A DNA stretch of 59,574 nt, filler included, from Dimargaris cristalligena (Eukaryota): the NCBI GenBank assembly GCA_003614675.1. It is 2 parts of 2 records of this genome, joined end to end, with 100 filler letters (N's around TTAATTAATTAA, not from the genome) between each part and the next. Parts side by side here need not be neighbours in the genome. Positions count along the whole stretch, not along the records: positions 29,842 to 59,574 come from ML002475.1; 1 more part is not named here. One strand, given 5' to 3'. Below, in pieces: positions 46,570 through 58,298 of this stretch; the stretch's first letter is position 1, and the number at the start of each line of letters is the position of its first letter. Below the pieces are notes generated by a model, which saw only the letters and a program-made list of their open reading frames with translations, was not told the origin of the DNA and did not search any database. The position numbers and the translations under genes are program-made.

Positions 46570-49260
46570 TTAAGCCGAAATGAGCTGGGTAGCATCGAGA
46601 CCCAAAGCGTGCAAAAAGAGGTTCACATTAGCGATCAATTGGGTCGACTGGGCCGCACCGACGCGGTTACTCGTGGCCAAACCGATCAATTCCATGACCT
46701 TTTCGCGCACCTCAGTGACCAGGGCGTGCTGTTGTTCCGGGGTAGCCCCCACCGCCATGGCGGCCAAGAATTGCCAGATGTAAAGGTCGTTGTTGATCGC
46801 CGCGGCCGCAGCCACCGACGATGACGATGCCGACGGGGCACCGTTGGTCGAGTCGGCCGACGCTCCCGCTCCATTGCTGTTCGGAGTGGTCGGGCTGAGG
46901 AGGGAACTGCTCAACGAAGTGGCCGGGAACAGGGTGGCGAAGTACGACCGGAGAGTAGCGAACAACCGGTGGTAAAGCTGCTCGAATTGGGTCAATTCCT
47001 CCGAGGTACCCAAGCCACCCTGTTGTTGTTGTTGCTGCTGTTGCTGGCGCAGAGCCTCGCCCCGGCTTATAAAGACGGTCAAGAGGGACAACCCCGCCTT
47101 ACTCCGCGCGATCCATGGAATATTATTCCGCTCCAACAAGAGGGCGAACAATTGATTCACCGTGGTCAACGGAACCACTTCCGTCAATGTAGCCATCACG
47201 GAGGGCAAGACGGCATTCATGAAGAGTTGGTTTTCTTCGGACAGGGCCGTACTCAACGAACCACCGAAACCGAACCCGAAGTGGGACCGGCAAACATCCA
47301 GGCTCTCGAAATTGGCGACCAGGGTAGTGACGAAGGCCAGAATTTGGTCAGCCGTGAGGTGATGGTAAATGCGGGGCACCAACTTCTTACCCTTGGAGGG
47401 TTCGAGGAAACGGACCAGCGGGTGCGGATAGATATCGCTAATAGTCGGGGTAACTTGGAGGGCCTCCCACAATTGTTGTTTCAGCTCCGCTTCTTGGGCC
47501 GCCAGGTCGGGTTCATTGGGGTTCGTACCGGTGGCCGTCGAGTTAGGGCCACCTTCGGTGGTGTGGGGGGTATTATTCGCCACTGGCGAAGTATGGTCGC
47601 CCCCTCCTTCATGGGAACCGCCCTGTGCAGCGTTGAATGGGAATCCGGGTTGACCGAATCGTGAGTGCAGACGCATAAGCTGTTCGAGTTGCAGGATACA
47701 TTGGAAGGCCCGTTCGATGCGCATCAGCGAACTACGCCGGTCAGCGGCCGGGGTTTTGATGGCGGCATTCGTGGGCTCAGCGGGCGCCGAGCGGATGGTG
47801 GGGTTTTCGGACGGGTTAGTCAGGGCGGAAGCGGAGGTGAACAAGTCAACATTACCCCCTTCCCCGGCACCTTTGTCGGTGGAAATAGTCGGAGTGGTCG
47901 CTTCGCTGGAGGCGGCGGCAGATGTGGCGGTCTTGCCGGCCATACGGATGGCCTGTTTGGGGTTACGCACCGAGTGGATGGCAATCGTACCTAGCGCGCC
48001 CTCCAAGTTCATGGCCGAACCCTTGGGCTTGCGTTTGGCTTCGTTGACCATCCGTTGAATCTGCTGCTGCATACTATGCATGCCATTCGGGCCCCGGTTG
48101 ACTCCGTGCTGGTGGCGACCCCGACTGCCCCGACCACTGTGTATACTGTCATGGGCGTGGGATTCTCCACCTGGTCCAGGCAGGTACAGATGGTTCTGCT
48201 GGGGCTGACTACTATTTCCTCCAACTCCGTGGTTCGAAATAGGGTTACGTACCACCGTATACATTTGGCAATAAAAGTCATCGGCGTAAGGGTCATCGGT
48301 CACCAACTGCGAAATCTGAATACGGGTGATGTGTTCCTTATCGAACCGGGTCATCAAATTGTTGTACTTGGACATGGCCGCCATACGCTTTTCCCGTTCC
48401 TGGCGCCGTTGTTCGCGGACTTGTTGGCGTTGGCGATCGGCCTGGGACAATTTAGCCGACTGCAGCAGTGTCTGTTCCACTTCTTCGAGGCTCATGATTT
48501 TCTTGGGCCGGGTGGCGGAACGTGGGGCCGCAGCACTGGTGGCTGGAGTGCCCTGCGGGGAGGACGAAGCATGCAAGTTCGAGTGCATTGGCGGATGTTG
48601 CGGGTAAAATTGGTGAAGTTGCTGCTGCTGCTGTTGCGGCTGGTCAATCTGGACTCCCGTCGGGTTCGGCATACCGAAATTAGGAGGCATCATACCAGGG
48701 GCTGGCGAGAGGTGATGGTTGAATCCCGGCGGGGGAGCCCGGGCCTGCTGTTGTTGGCCGTATCCCATCGGTTCCGAGCCCACGAAGATGGACTGACCCA
48801 AGCTATCGTTAGACTGGGAATGCGGGGGTTGTCCCAACGCGGCCGGTCCCGTCGGAGGCATATACATACCCGCGGGATTACTCCACGTAGCCGTGGATGG
48901 CAACGCCGACGCTCCGTGGTGGTTACCATTTCCTGTAGCACCCGTGGATGACGACGACGGCGGCGGCGGAAGTGCGGAACCGTGTTCGTCCCCTCCTAGA
49001 AAAGCACCGGCCTTGTTCGTATTCCCGGAAAAGTCGAAATCCTGGTTGATGTCTTCGGCCTCACAGCCAAAAGTCTCATCGTTGAGATCATCGCCGTCAT
49101 CTTCAAGTTGGTCAGCTAGTCCGTACTCGGGTTCAAGTTCCACCCGGGCTAAGCGGGAGTCGATGTCGTCTACACTGGCTTTACGGTTACCAGAGCCGCC
49201 GGGACGACGATCGCTATCCCGGGGCAACGCAGTATCGAAGCCAAAAAAGGAATCGCCCAT
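46570..49260 (-). CDS. PAT1: mRNA decapping activator Pat1
   Basis: 896-aa intronless ORF. N-terminal FFGFDT and DDLNDETFG; middle MSLEEVE, KYNNLMTRFDKEHITRIQISQLVTDDPYADDFY, LEGALG; C-terminal WQFLAAMAVGA...NVNLFLHALGLD. Confidence 0.95.
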   Translation of the reverse strand: MGDSFFGFDTALPRDSDRRPGGSGNRKASVDDIDSRLARVELEPEYGLADQLEDDGDDLNDETFGCEAEDINQDFDFSGNTNKAGAFLGGDEHGSALPPPPSSSSTGATGNGNHHGASALPSTATWSNPAGMYMPPTGPAALGQPPHSQSNDSLGQSIFVGSEPMGYGQQQQARAPPPGFNHHLSPAPGMMPPNFGMPNPTGVQIDQPQQQQQQLHQFYPQHPPMHSNLHASSSPQGTPATSAAAPRSATRPKKIMSLEEVEQTLLQSAKLSQADRQRQQVREQRRQEREKRMAAMSKYNNLMTRFDKEHITRIQISQLVTDDPYADDFYCQMYTVVRNPISNHGVGGNSSQPQQNHLYLPGPGGESHAHDSIHSGRGSRGRHQHGVNRGPNGMHSMQQQIQRMVNEAKRKPKGSAMNLEGALGTIAIHSVRNPKQAIRMAGKTATSAAASSEATTPTISTDKGAGEGGNVDLFTSASALTNPSENPTIRSAPAEPTNAAIKTPAADRRSSLMRIERAFQCILQLEQLMRLHSRFGQPGFPFNAAQGGSHEGGGDHTSPVANNTPHTTEGGPNSTATGTNPNEPDLAAQEAELKQQLWEALQVTPTISDIYPHPLVRFLEPSKGKKLVPRIYHHLTADQILAFVTTLVANFESLDVCRSHFGFGFGGSLSTALSEENQLFMNAVLPSVMATLTEVVPLTTVNQLFALLLERNNIPWIARSKAGLSLLTVFISRGEALRQQQQQQQQQGGLGTSEELTQFEQLYHRLFATLRSYFATLFPATSLSSSLLSPTTPNSNGAGASADSTNGAPSASSSSVAAAAAINNDLYIWQFLAAMAVGATPEQQHALVTEVREKVMELIGLATSNRVGAAQSTQLIANVNLFLHALGLDATQLISA

Positions 49261-51656
49261 GGAAATACTATAGATTACCTCGCCAAAAAGGGGGACAACT
49301 ACACGTAGGAGGGTGCAATGAAGTGAGTTGTTTGAGAAATCGGTAGGAAAGAAGGGATTGGGTTCTTGTTAGCGATGCTCGGGCCAATCGAGACGAGGAA
49401 AGTTCTGGAATCCAAAGGTATAAAGTTGAGGAAAAGAGAAAAGGGAGGGGCCGTAGCTGATGGAAGCGAGTGTATATTACGGAGACAGCGGTGGCGAGGC
49501 TGCTTGGTAAGTAGATTGGGCGTATTTCCGGATGGAGCAAAAGCCCTTCTCACTTGAGCTGTGGGAAAATGTTTTGGGCGCTTAACAGGCTAACCCTTTT
49601 GACGACCAAGCTCTCTGCTACTCTCTCTCTCTCTCTGCTACCGGGCGAGGCTTTAGTGTGGTGGAACAGAGGCTTGGGGCCGTCACGACAAGACCTAATA
49701 AGCCCAGGCTCCTGCGTGTCCCCTCCCATAGTATTTAGAGCGGGCGGCACACCCTTAGTTTAACCGTTGAAGCTGGGCTGGACGGGACCCGCCATCACCC
49801 CCTTACTACCTTAGCACAGTAGTGCTATCTAAAGGCACCTCCAGCCAGCGGACAAGAGTACATTAATCACTAATGTATGGGTGTATAATGAGGGTCATCC
49901 AGCAGCATTGTTCTTTTTAATGTAGCAGTGGTCAGGTGGACTACTGAGCGAATACGGGCGGCGGGATTCCACAATATCCAGGAGACAATCATTGCTGCCA
50001 CGCACACCACCGATTGATAATAGCCGCCATGCCTATTCGTCTCTATGGATATGCAATTAGCCCATTTTGTCTTTCTCTGCGGGGCTCTGCTCATAAATAA
50101 AGCATACCCTGAATGAATCACTATTCGGACAGTTCGGGAAAGGGTCGTAATTACTCCGGAGTTCGGGGAACGCAAACAGGTAGTATCAATTTTCGACAGG
50201 CTATATGTAGTGTAATGAATGGTATTTGACATACTCTTGACCAGCACTAATAGACACTACTGGCTGGGTTCCTAAGACGAACCAGAATCCTACTGCTCCA
50301 TCATTGGCAAGCCCTTCATAATTAAGGCTAGTCGCATATTTCAAAGTAGATCCTAAAGGGATATATATTTACCAGGAGTATTAGACTGGTTTACTTAAGT
50401 AGCCATGAGTGCTATATGAGTAGTAAAGTAGGCTAGTCCAAGAAGTCTTCTGCTCCATATAATTTTCCGTGTTTCCCCCAACCAATTGAGAAGAGTAAAC
50501 CAACGACGCCAGGAGTATTCTTTTAATTGGCCCAATTCGCGAACCAATTCTATGCTATGCCGGGGTTGGTCAAGTCCCCCAAATTAAAGCAATATCACCA
50601 ATCACACCCCTCCTACTTAAAGGAAGGGAAATTATTTCATCCAGGCGAGTGGATTGAGAGGCGGGGGGGGGGGGGTTCCACAGCTATAATGCTTTCCATT
50701 AGGGGGGCCGCTGAATTGATGGGCATTTCACCCCTATATAATACACATATTTATACTACTATTAATAGGTATCCTCCGATAGATAATCCAACACCGCATT
50801 GCCATGTCGGTAGGTAGAGGATAGCGAAGGCCCAACTTGATCTCTTTAGATGCTTATACCGTCAGTCTAAATTACCTATTAATACTCTCAATAAGGGCTC
50901 GACGCTTATAAATTATCCATCCTGGTTATTGGTAACATCATAATTTTTAAATGGATGACACAGATGTACTCCTCTATCGGACCCTCGCTTACCTTATCTT
51001 TATTACCATCCCCTCCACCCCGGCCGTCTAAAGAACGCCCTGTTGGCTGATTTATACGGTGAGCGTTTACTAATCAGCCGGACCCCCATGGACAGTTAAT
51101 ACTGTCGGAGCAGCGAAGCACATGTGATCTTTCTAGGCAATGTTTAGCCAAGTCTACGTGTGACTGGCCTAATTGGGCCACAAAGCCGTGTCGAGAGGAT
51201 GACTCGTCACTGATCCGAGTGTCACATTGTCGGGTTTCGTAGAGCGAGAGATAGTGGAGATTACCAATGGGATCCCCCAAAGATTACATTATTTTGACCC
51301 CCCGTTGCATTGAATGGGGGTGGGGGCAGGAGGAGGAGGAGGAGGAAGAACCCCAGCGACGAGTAAAGGGGCGTAAAATACTTTACTTTAGAGTAACTGT
51401 GGATAAACCACCGTATCGGTGCGAGAGCTGATATAGATAACCGCCTATTCAAATGAAGAGAATACCTAAAAAGGAAAGAGGGTAAATGATTGAATAGGCG
51501 GCAGGCTACTGACCATGGGACACTTGTCCAATCTTTCCATTTGTTCGAAGTAGCTGACGTATCTAATTCGCTAGTCTTACCATTGGTAAGTAGAGAATGT
51601 AAGGTGGGCGGTACTCTCTTTCTCGGCCGCCACGCCCTAGAATTAACGGGCGTGTT

Positions 51657-51693
51657 GCACACACACACACACTCTCTCTCTCTCTTTCTCTCT
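51657..51693. repeat. Compound (CA)n(CT)n microsatellite
   Basis: cacacacacacacac followed by tctctctctc. Confidence 0.75.
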
Positions 51694-52217
51694 ACCTACT
51701 AGCCGGGAGTGCCCGACCCACACTCACTCGCCCCCATAACGAGGCCCTGGGATAGGTTTCACCACTGTGGCAAATCAAAACGAGGCTGGCGAGAAACCTG
51801 GTCACGTCGATCCAAGTCTTTCATGCCCTTCCCTCTCCTCCTGTTCCTATGATCAGGCGCGAAAGATATAAATACACGAAGGTTTCATCCACCCGAATTA
51901 AAATGTGAATAAGTAATCCACTCATCCGGAACACACACAAGCGTATATACATATATATATATTACCTACATTTATGCCACTTCATCCGTTCTTTCACTTG
52001 ACCCTGTCGCACACATCTTCTTACTTTAAGACCTATCGTGTCCATTTTCCATTTCGCTTTTAAAGTGGACTTCTTTTGACTGAGGCCCCCTTCACTCTTC
52101 ATTTGAGTAATATTGCCGTTTGGTATTTTTTAATATCCAGTAATCCTTTCTACCTTTGGGTACATATATATCATCTCTTTTTCTGCCCATCTTTTTTATT
52201 ATCAACCTACCACCACC

Positions 52218-54050
52218 ATGAATATGTCCGTGTTGCTGCAAACCCAGCGCTGTGCTTGGTTTGGTAAGACTTCGACCCTAATGGCAAAGAGTCTAACTTT
52301 CCAACTTAAGGTATGTTCGCAGTCCTCTATTCCCCCTCCCTCAACCACACGCTCCATTTGAAAGTCCCGAAATTAGCAATCCCATGCCAATATGGAAACG
52401 CCTTTATTTCACCCGACAATCTCCCTCCCCCCTAACCCTCTCCTCTATTCTGCCAAGCCATATCCACCCGTTCAATTCCATTAACCCAATCACATCTATG
52501 TTATACTGTATCCTATTTTTTAATTACGGGTTACCCAGGGGCGCGTCGCCACTGCCACCTTTACGACCAGCGTCACCCGTTTCCACAACGCCAACAAGGT
52601 GTTCAAGAGCGCCAAAGAAGCCATCCATGACATCAAGTCCGGCTCCACCGTCCTGGTCGGTGGTTTCGGGGTCAACGGTATCCCCGAGAACCTCATTGAA
52701 GCCATCGTGAAAACCCCCGAAATCAAAGACCTCACGGCCGTGTCCAACAACGCCGGGGTCGACGATTTCGGCCTGGGTCTCCTCATGCAAAGCAAACAAC
52801 TCAAACGGATGGTCTCGTCCTACGTGGGCGAAAACCACGAATTCGCCCGCCAGTATTTGAACGGTGAGCTGGAGGTTGAACTCACTCCCCAGGGTACCCT
52901 AGCGGAACGCCTCCGGGCGGGTGGGGCGGGGATTCCGGCGTTCTACACGCCCACGGGGTACGGTACCATGGTCGAAGAAGGGAAAGTGCCTGTACTGTTC
53001 TCCAAAGACGGCAACGAAGTCTTGGAAACTAGTATTCCCCGCGAGGCGCGGGAATTCAACGGACGGCAGTACATTCTGGAACCCGCCATCACGGGTGATT
53101 TCGCCCTGGTCAAGGCTTGGAAGGGCGATGCGTACGGTAATTTGATCTTCAAGGGATCCGCCAACAATTTCAATGCCATCATGGCCAAGGCCGGGCGTAC
53201 TACCATTGCCGAAGTCGAGGAACTCGTACCCATTGGTGCTATCCCCCCAGAACAAGTCCACCTGCCGGGTATTTTCGTACACCGCATCCTAGAAGGGCCG
53301 TCGTACGAGAAACGCGCGGAAAAAATCATTTATCGCGAAATCGAGAGCGAAGTCAAGGACGTTCTGAAGAAGCCCAAGTCCGAAAGTGCCCAACGGCGCG
53401 AACGGATCATTCACCGGGCCGCGCAGGAATTTAGGGATGGTATGTACGTGAACCTGGGCATCGGTATGCCCGTTCTAGCGGCCAACCACATCCCCAAGGG
53501 AGTCCAGGTGCATCTGCACAGCGAAAACGGTTTACTCAGTTTCGGGCCCTTCCCCCTCCCTGGGCAACACGACCCCGACCTGATTAACGCCGCCAAGGAA
53601 ACCGTTACTCTCCTCCCGGGCGCGTCGCTGTTTGGCAGTGACGAGTCCTTCGCCATGGTCCGCGGTGGTCACCTCGACTTGACCATTTTGGGCGCCATGC
53701 AGGTATCCGCCCACGGCGATTTGGCCAACTGGATCGTGCCCAAGAAAATGGTCAAGGGCATGGGTGGCGCCATGGACCTCGTCGCCGCCGGGTCCGGTGG
53801 TACCAGGGTGATTGTGACCATGGACCATACCTCCAAGGACGGTACCCCCAAGATTGTCGGCGAGTGCTCGCTGCCCCTCACCGGTAAATTGTGCGTCAAT
53901 CGGATTATTACCGATAAGGGCGTGTTCGACGTTGATCCGAAGGAGGGATTGACCCTGGTGGAATTGGCTAAGGGTGTGACCGTTGAGGAGGTGCGCAAGC
54001 TTACGGCGGCTCCCTTCAAGGTGGTTCCCAATATTGCCGAGACTTACTAA
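52218..54050 (+). CDS. OXCT1: Mitochondrial succinyl-CoA:3-ketoacid CoA transferase (SCOT)
   Basis: Exon 1 52218-52310 (presequence-like, GTATGT donor) and exon 2 52539-54050. Motifs [29 protein letters not shown], catalytic [14 protein letters not shown]. Confidence 0.95.
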
Positions 54051-54081
54051 TTTTTTTGGAGCGCCTTTCGAAGCTTCAAAG

Positions 54082-54140
54082 TTTATTTTTATTTTTATTT
54101 TTATTTTTATTTTTATTTTTATTTTTACTTTTACTCTTTA
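54082..54140. repeat. (TTTTTA)n tandem repeat in the SCOT 3' region
   Basis: Hexamer repeat immediately downstream of the stop codon. Confidence 0.85.
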
Positions 54141-55197
54141 TTTTTACCAGTTCATTTATCCGTTACGAGAGGTATTTTATTAGATATATGGTAGGTCGTG
54201 AGGAGGGGGAAAAGTGGGTGCAGTGTGGTTGTGAATAGACTAGACGACCTGCTCCCCTCCGCCATCTACTACTGCCCACGCAAGCGCCCATTCCTGTATA
54301 GGCAATGTGCTTCGGGGGTATTTAAATAATCAATTCGGCGAATAAAAACGTATTCCCCTCACCTATGGTCTGTCATTTTTTCACCCCTTATTGTGCCCTC
54401 TTTGGTTGCTGTGGTGGCAAGAGTATTATGAACCCATCCACTCACCACCAATAAGGGGCATCATATAGATTAGCTCGAGTAGTAGGCCCCTTGCTTATCT
54501 TTTCAGAATGACTGCCATTTGTGGACCCCATTTCATGGACAGAAGAAACAGGAACGAACACAATGTCTTCCTTCCCCCCCCCCCCTAATAGATAACGGGA
54601 CTGTCAAGAGCGGGATAGGTACACCCACTGAACGACAACCCCCACATGGATTTAGGCAACTGAGGTACACACCGCACAGGTTCACTCAAGTTGTGGCGGT
54701 TTATTATAGTAGGCAATGATAAGCTGAAGCAGTCCTATAGGTTATTAGTGATGGGTAGGGTCACGTGAACAAAAACCGCACTTTCTTGTCTTTGCCTGGC
54801 GTAGTGGTGTATCATTGGGCGGGTTACCTTTGGTAATAGAGGTGTCGAATAGAGTAGGTTTGCATAGTAAGCAGCGGCTGTAATGCTTATTCATAACCCC
54901 TCCCTTAATTCTATGCAGCCTTGTGTCACACCAGTTTAGGCAGCGTAAGATCTAAAAGGGAATGTGGTGTTCAACCATGGCCAAATATCCCCGTAACTTA
55001 CCATAGTTGAAGCCAGCATTAGTTAGGATACGTACGAACTTGGCGATTCACCTGAAACTTCTTACCATGTTAGAATCCCCAATCTAAACCTATCCGTTGC
55101 TTCACCTGCATTTCCACCAACTCTCCTCCCGATTCCCTTGGTCGCTCAGTATTATTATTATTATTGTTCAATTTCAGCTTCTATTTGATCCACCAGC

Positions 55198-55533
55198 ATG
55201 TTCGCCGCTCTGAGACGCCTTGTTCAAACCGTTGTGGTCCGCCCAACGACATCCACCACCGCGCCCATTCGGCGGAATGTGGGGACTCTACTGTCTCTCG
55301 CTAGCCGGTCGAAATACGCCTCGCCACTGATCCGGGCGAGTTCGTTGACCCAGGGAAGCGCCTGGAAGTCCGCGGTTCAGCTGCCGGCCTCCGTCAATCA
55401 TCAAGTTCAGCGGGGCATGAAGGTCCGGACGTCCATTAAAAAAATGTGCGACTGCTGCAAATTTGTCCGCCGTCGGGGTCGCTTGTTCGTGGTGTGCACG
55501 CAGAACAAGAAGCACAAGCAGCGTCAGGGTTAA
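55198..55533 (+). CDS. MRPL36: Mitochondrial ribosomal protein bL36m (yeast RTC6 orthologue)
   Basis: Presequence followed by [38 protein letters not shown] (L36 zinc-ribbon motif). Confidence 0.95.
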   Translation: MFAALRRLVQTVVVRPTTSTTAPIRRNVGTLLSLASRSKYASPLIRASSLTQGSAWKSAVQLPASVNHQVQRGMKVRTSIKKMCDCCKFVRRRGRLFVVCTQNKKHKQRQG

Positions 55534-55904
55534 TTGGAGAGAAAAAAATCCACCTCCACCTCCTCTCAACTAACTAGCATCGCCGCTATCATCTGATTGA
55601 CTATCCCTTTACTACGCTCGCCTACTCTCTTATTTTAAATACTCGAATGGTGATGGCTCGGACGAAAGATTATAAATGTGCTTTACTGCCTCGATTGGCG
55701 AATATTGGGGTTGCTCTGATTCTATATAATGTCAATAGTAGAGGGCGGGTTTAGACGAACTAATCGCCCGGGGCATTCTCTTTAAGCTAGAATCACATTG
55801 AATTAACGTCGTATTATTTATAGATTAAACACCATTAGCCTAACCAATCACTAAAATTGGAAATGCCGAAAGTGGCTCGGTGGGGACACACATATAGAAT
55901 ACAT

Positions 55905-57245
55905 TTATAAAGGACGGTGTTGGTGGTGACCCACGGCCACGGGAATGGTGCGCCGCACCGCGAACCCGCGCTCGTTGGGGACAAAACTATCCACTTCGGC
56001 CAGTAAATCCTGCACCACTACCGGGTCTTGGATATCGATTAGATAGCGCGGGACCGTGGGTCCCTCATCCAAGGAGGTGATGATGGAGGATGCTACGGAG
56101 CTGGTGTTGGAATAACGACTTAACTGGGACACCACACTCTGAGTTTCGGATAGAGTATCCGTGGCCATCGCAGTGGAGGGCCCGGAATCATAATAGTCCT
56201 GGCGGCGGGACGGCGTATCAAAGTGCCGGAGTGACTGGGTGGAGAGACGCCGGGGGCGTTTGTTGAGTCGGTCCGCGGCGTAGTCGGTGTAGACGGCGGA
56301 CAACCGGTGGGGATTCGAACCCGAGTGCGAATGCGGGGGTGGGTGAGAAAAGGAGGCCGAGGAGTACCCGCCATGGGGTGGGGGTCGGTAGGGAGTAGTG
56401 GTGGTGGTCCCCGATGCAGAGGAAGAAGGGGAATAGGCCTGTACGAGTTCCGCCACGGACAAGCGGTGTTGCAAGGCGGGGCCGGACCGACCCCCGGCCC
56501 GGTCGGGACTGCGTAAATTATACCCCGACCGTCGGTATGAAGGTGTGCGAAACTCACCGGTAATGTCATAGGCACTCTGGGTACTCCCACTTCGGTTCCG
56601 ACCAGCGGAGTTCCAGGCGTGCGGGACCCGGGAAGTGGCCAGAGCGGGTGATTGAGTATCCCCTGGGCCGTGGGTGGGTGGAGTGCCTGCCGGCAAGGTT
56701 GCTGACGGGGGAGGGGCCTGGGTGGGACTGGGGCCATTATTATTGGTACCTGGAGCAGGAGTGGGTTGCGGCGGGGTACCCAAAGCATACCGACCACGCG
56801 GACTGGCCGTGGCGCCAGTGGGGTCGGGTGACAAGGACAGCGGGTAAAGTTCAGTAGACCCGTCAAAACTGGTGCGGATGGTCGTCCGTGGCGCCGGCCG
56901 GAGGGCAATGGGAGATGGGGCACCCCTTAATGCAGACCGGGGCGATGCCAGACCGACCGGGAGCTGGGAGCCGGGGGACTCTTGGTGGCGGACCAGCACA
57001 AATGGACCCACGGCTTTACGACCCCCGGCCAAATGACACTCGAGAATCCAGGCGGAGCGGTAAAGGACACGGTTACTCTCCTGGAGCTTAATAGTGGCCG
57101 GATCATTGCGGTTGTTGCTGAAGAGGTAGACGGTGGACCGGGTCGGAGTGTCGACTTTGGCGCCCCCTTCGGATAACCAAAGGTCAATGTGGGTGCGGGG
57201 CACGCTCTTCGCGAACCAGGCCGAGCAGGAATGGAAAAGGCGCAT
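55905..57245 (-). CDS. Hypothetical Ser/Pro/Thr-rich protein (446 aa)
   Basis: Long ATG-initiated ORF with GC-rich codon usage. Possibly folded ~85-aa N-terminus and short C-terminal motif. No family recognised. Confidence 0.65.
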   Translation of the reverse strand: MRLFHSCSAWFAKSVPRTHIDLWLSEGGAKVDTPTRSTVYLFSNNRNDPATIKLQESNRVLYRSAWILECHLAGGRKAVGPFVLVRHQESPGSQLPVGLASPRSALRGAPSPIALRPAPRTTIRTSFDGSTELYPLSLSPDPTGATASPRGRYALGTPPQPTPAPGTNNNGPSPTQAPPPSATLPAGTPPTHGPGDTQSPALATSRVPHAWNSAGRNRSGSTQSAYDITGEFRTPSYRRSGYNLRSPDRAGGRSGPALQHRLSVAELVQAYSPSSSASGTTTTTPYRPPPHGGYSSASFSHPPPHSHSGSNPHRLSAVYTDYAADRLNKRPRRLSTQSLRHFDTPSRRQDYYDSGPSTAMATDTLSETQSVVSQLSRYSNTSSVASSIITSLDEGPTVPRYLIDIQDPVVVQDLLAEVDSFVPNERGFAVRRTIPVAVGHHQHRPL

Positions 57246-58298
57246 GGGCGAGTTTACGGGTGTGTGTGTATATACGTGTGTGGATGGGTTCGGAGGAATA
57301 TAAGGAGAGCGGGAATGAAAGGGTCTAGCTAGTCACGGATGAAAGATAAAATAAATTATTTGGCCTGGACTGAGTTTGGATTCCATAAACCCCATTAAGT
57401 GGGAAACGTAGGAGAGAGGGTGTGCTATAAGAAAATGAAAACAAAGGGCGAAGACCCAAACAAGCGAGTTAACCTAATATGGCAGCCCAGCGTGACACAA
57501 CTTACACCTGGCCTTTGGATTTTTGAATGCGTAACGCGCAGATAATGAGGGGGGTATTGCAGTCCGATCCATTATTATGTCCTGGGGAGTAGTAGTGACC
57601 AGGCCCCGCGTTGTGTTGGTTGTCGTCAGTTCAAAGACTTTGGAGAATAGCCCAATATGAAGAAACCAAAAGGAATGTTATAGTAAGTAGTCCAGTCACC
57701 TACTCCTAGTGGATACGAAGCCACGAATGTGGGAGAAGGTGTAGATTGGCTCAAGTGAAACCCGAAAACGGCGGTCTATTCGACCTGAATAGTATAGTAT
57801 CGTATAGTAGTTGAGTTAGTAAGTAAATCGTGGTAGATTATTTAATACTCTTTACTATGGTTCAAGCCACATAAGGGTCAGGGTGGTGGAGCAGCACTCC
57901 CGTGGCCATGTGATGTCCTTCCCACCGTCCACTGGTGTTGACCGTCTATCATTCGACCGACCCCCTGAGCTTCGACCAAAGATACGTGGTCGTTAACCAG
58001 CAATGCCCGCTGGCTGAGCTTCCCCGCGGTTTCATGGCATTGTGCTTAGGCAGAGAGATATACACAAACAAAGTCTTGTCTTTAGGCATTCTATTGCTCC
58101 GCTACTGCCTATATCAACACACACAGTAAGTATAGCCCGCCTTTATACTTCTTTATATTACCTTCCCTTTTTCACTATTGCGAGTCTATTATTTCCTCCT
58201 CTTCTTGCTTTATTATTGCTTATTATTATCACCAATTCCCATTATTCCTTTCCCCACTATTATTGCCCATTCCCCACGGCTCCAGCCGTCCTTTACGC

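Noticed and set aside
49817..50262. CAGTAGTG...CACTACTG 8-bp inverted ends, possible hAT-like MITE
   Set aside because: The match is too short, there is no target-site duplication and no second copy in the window.
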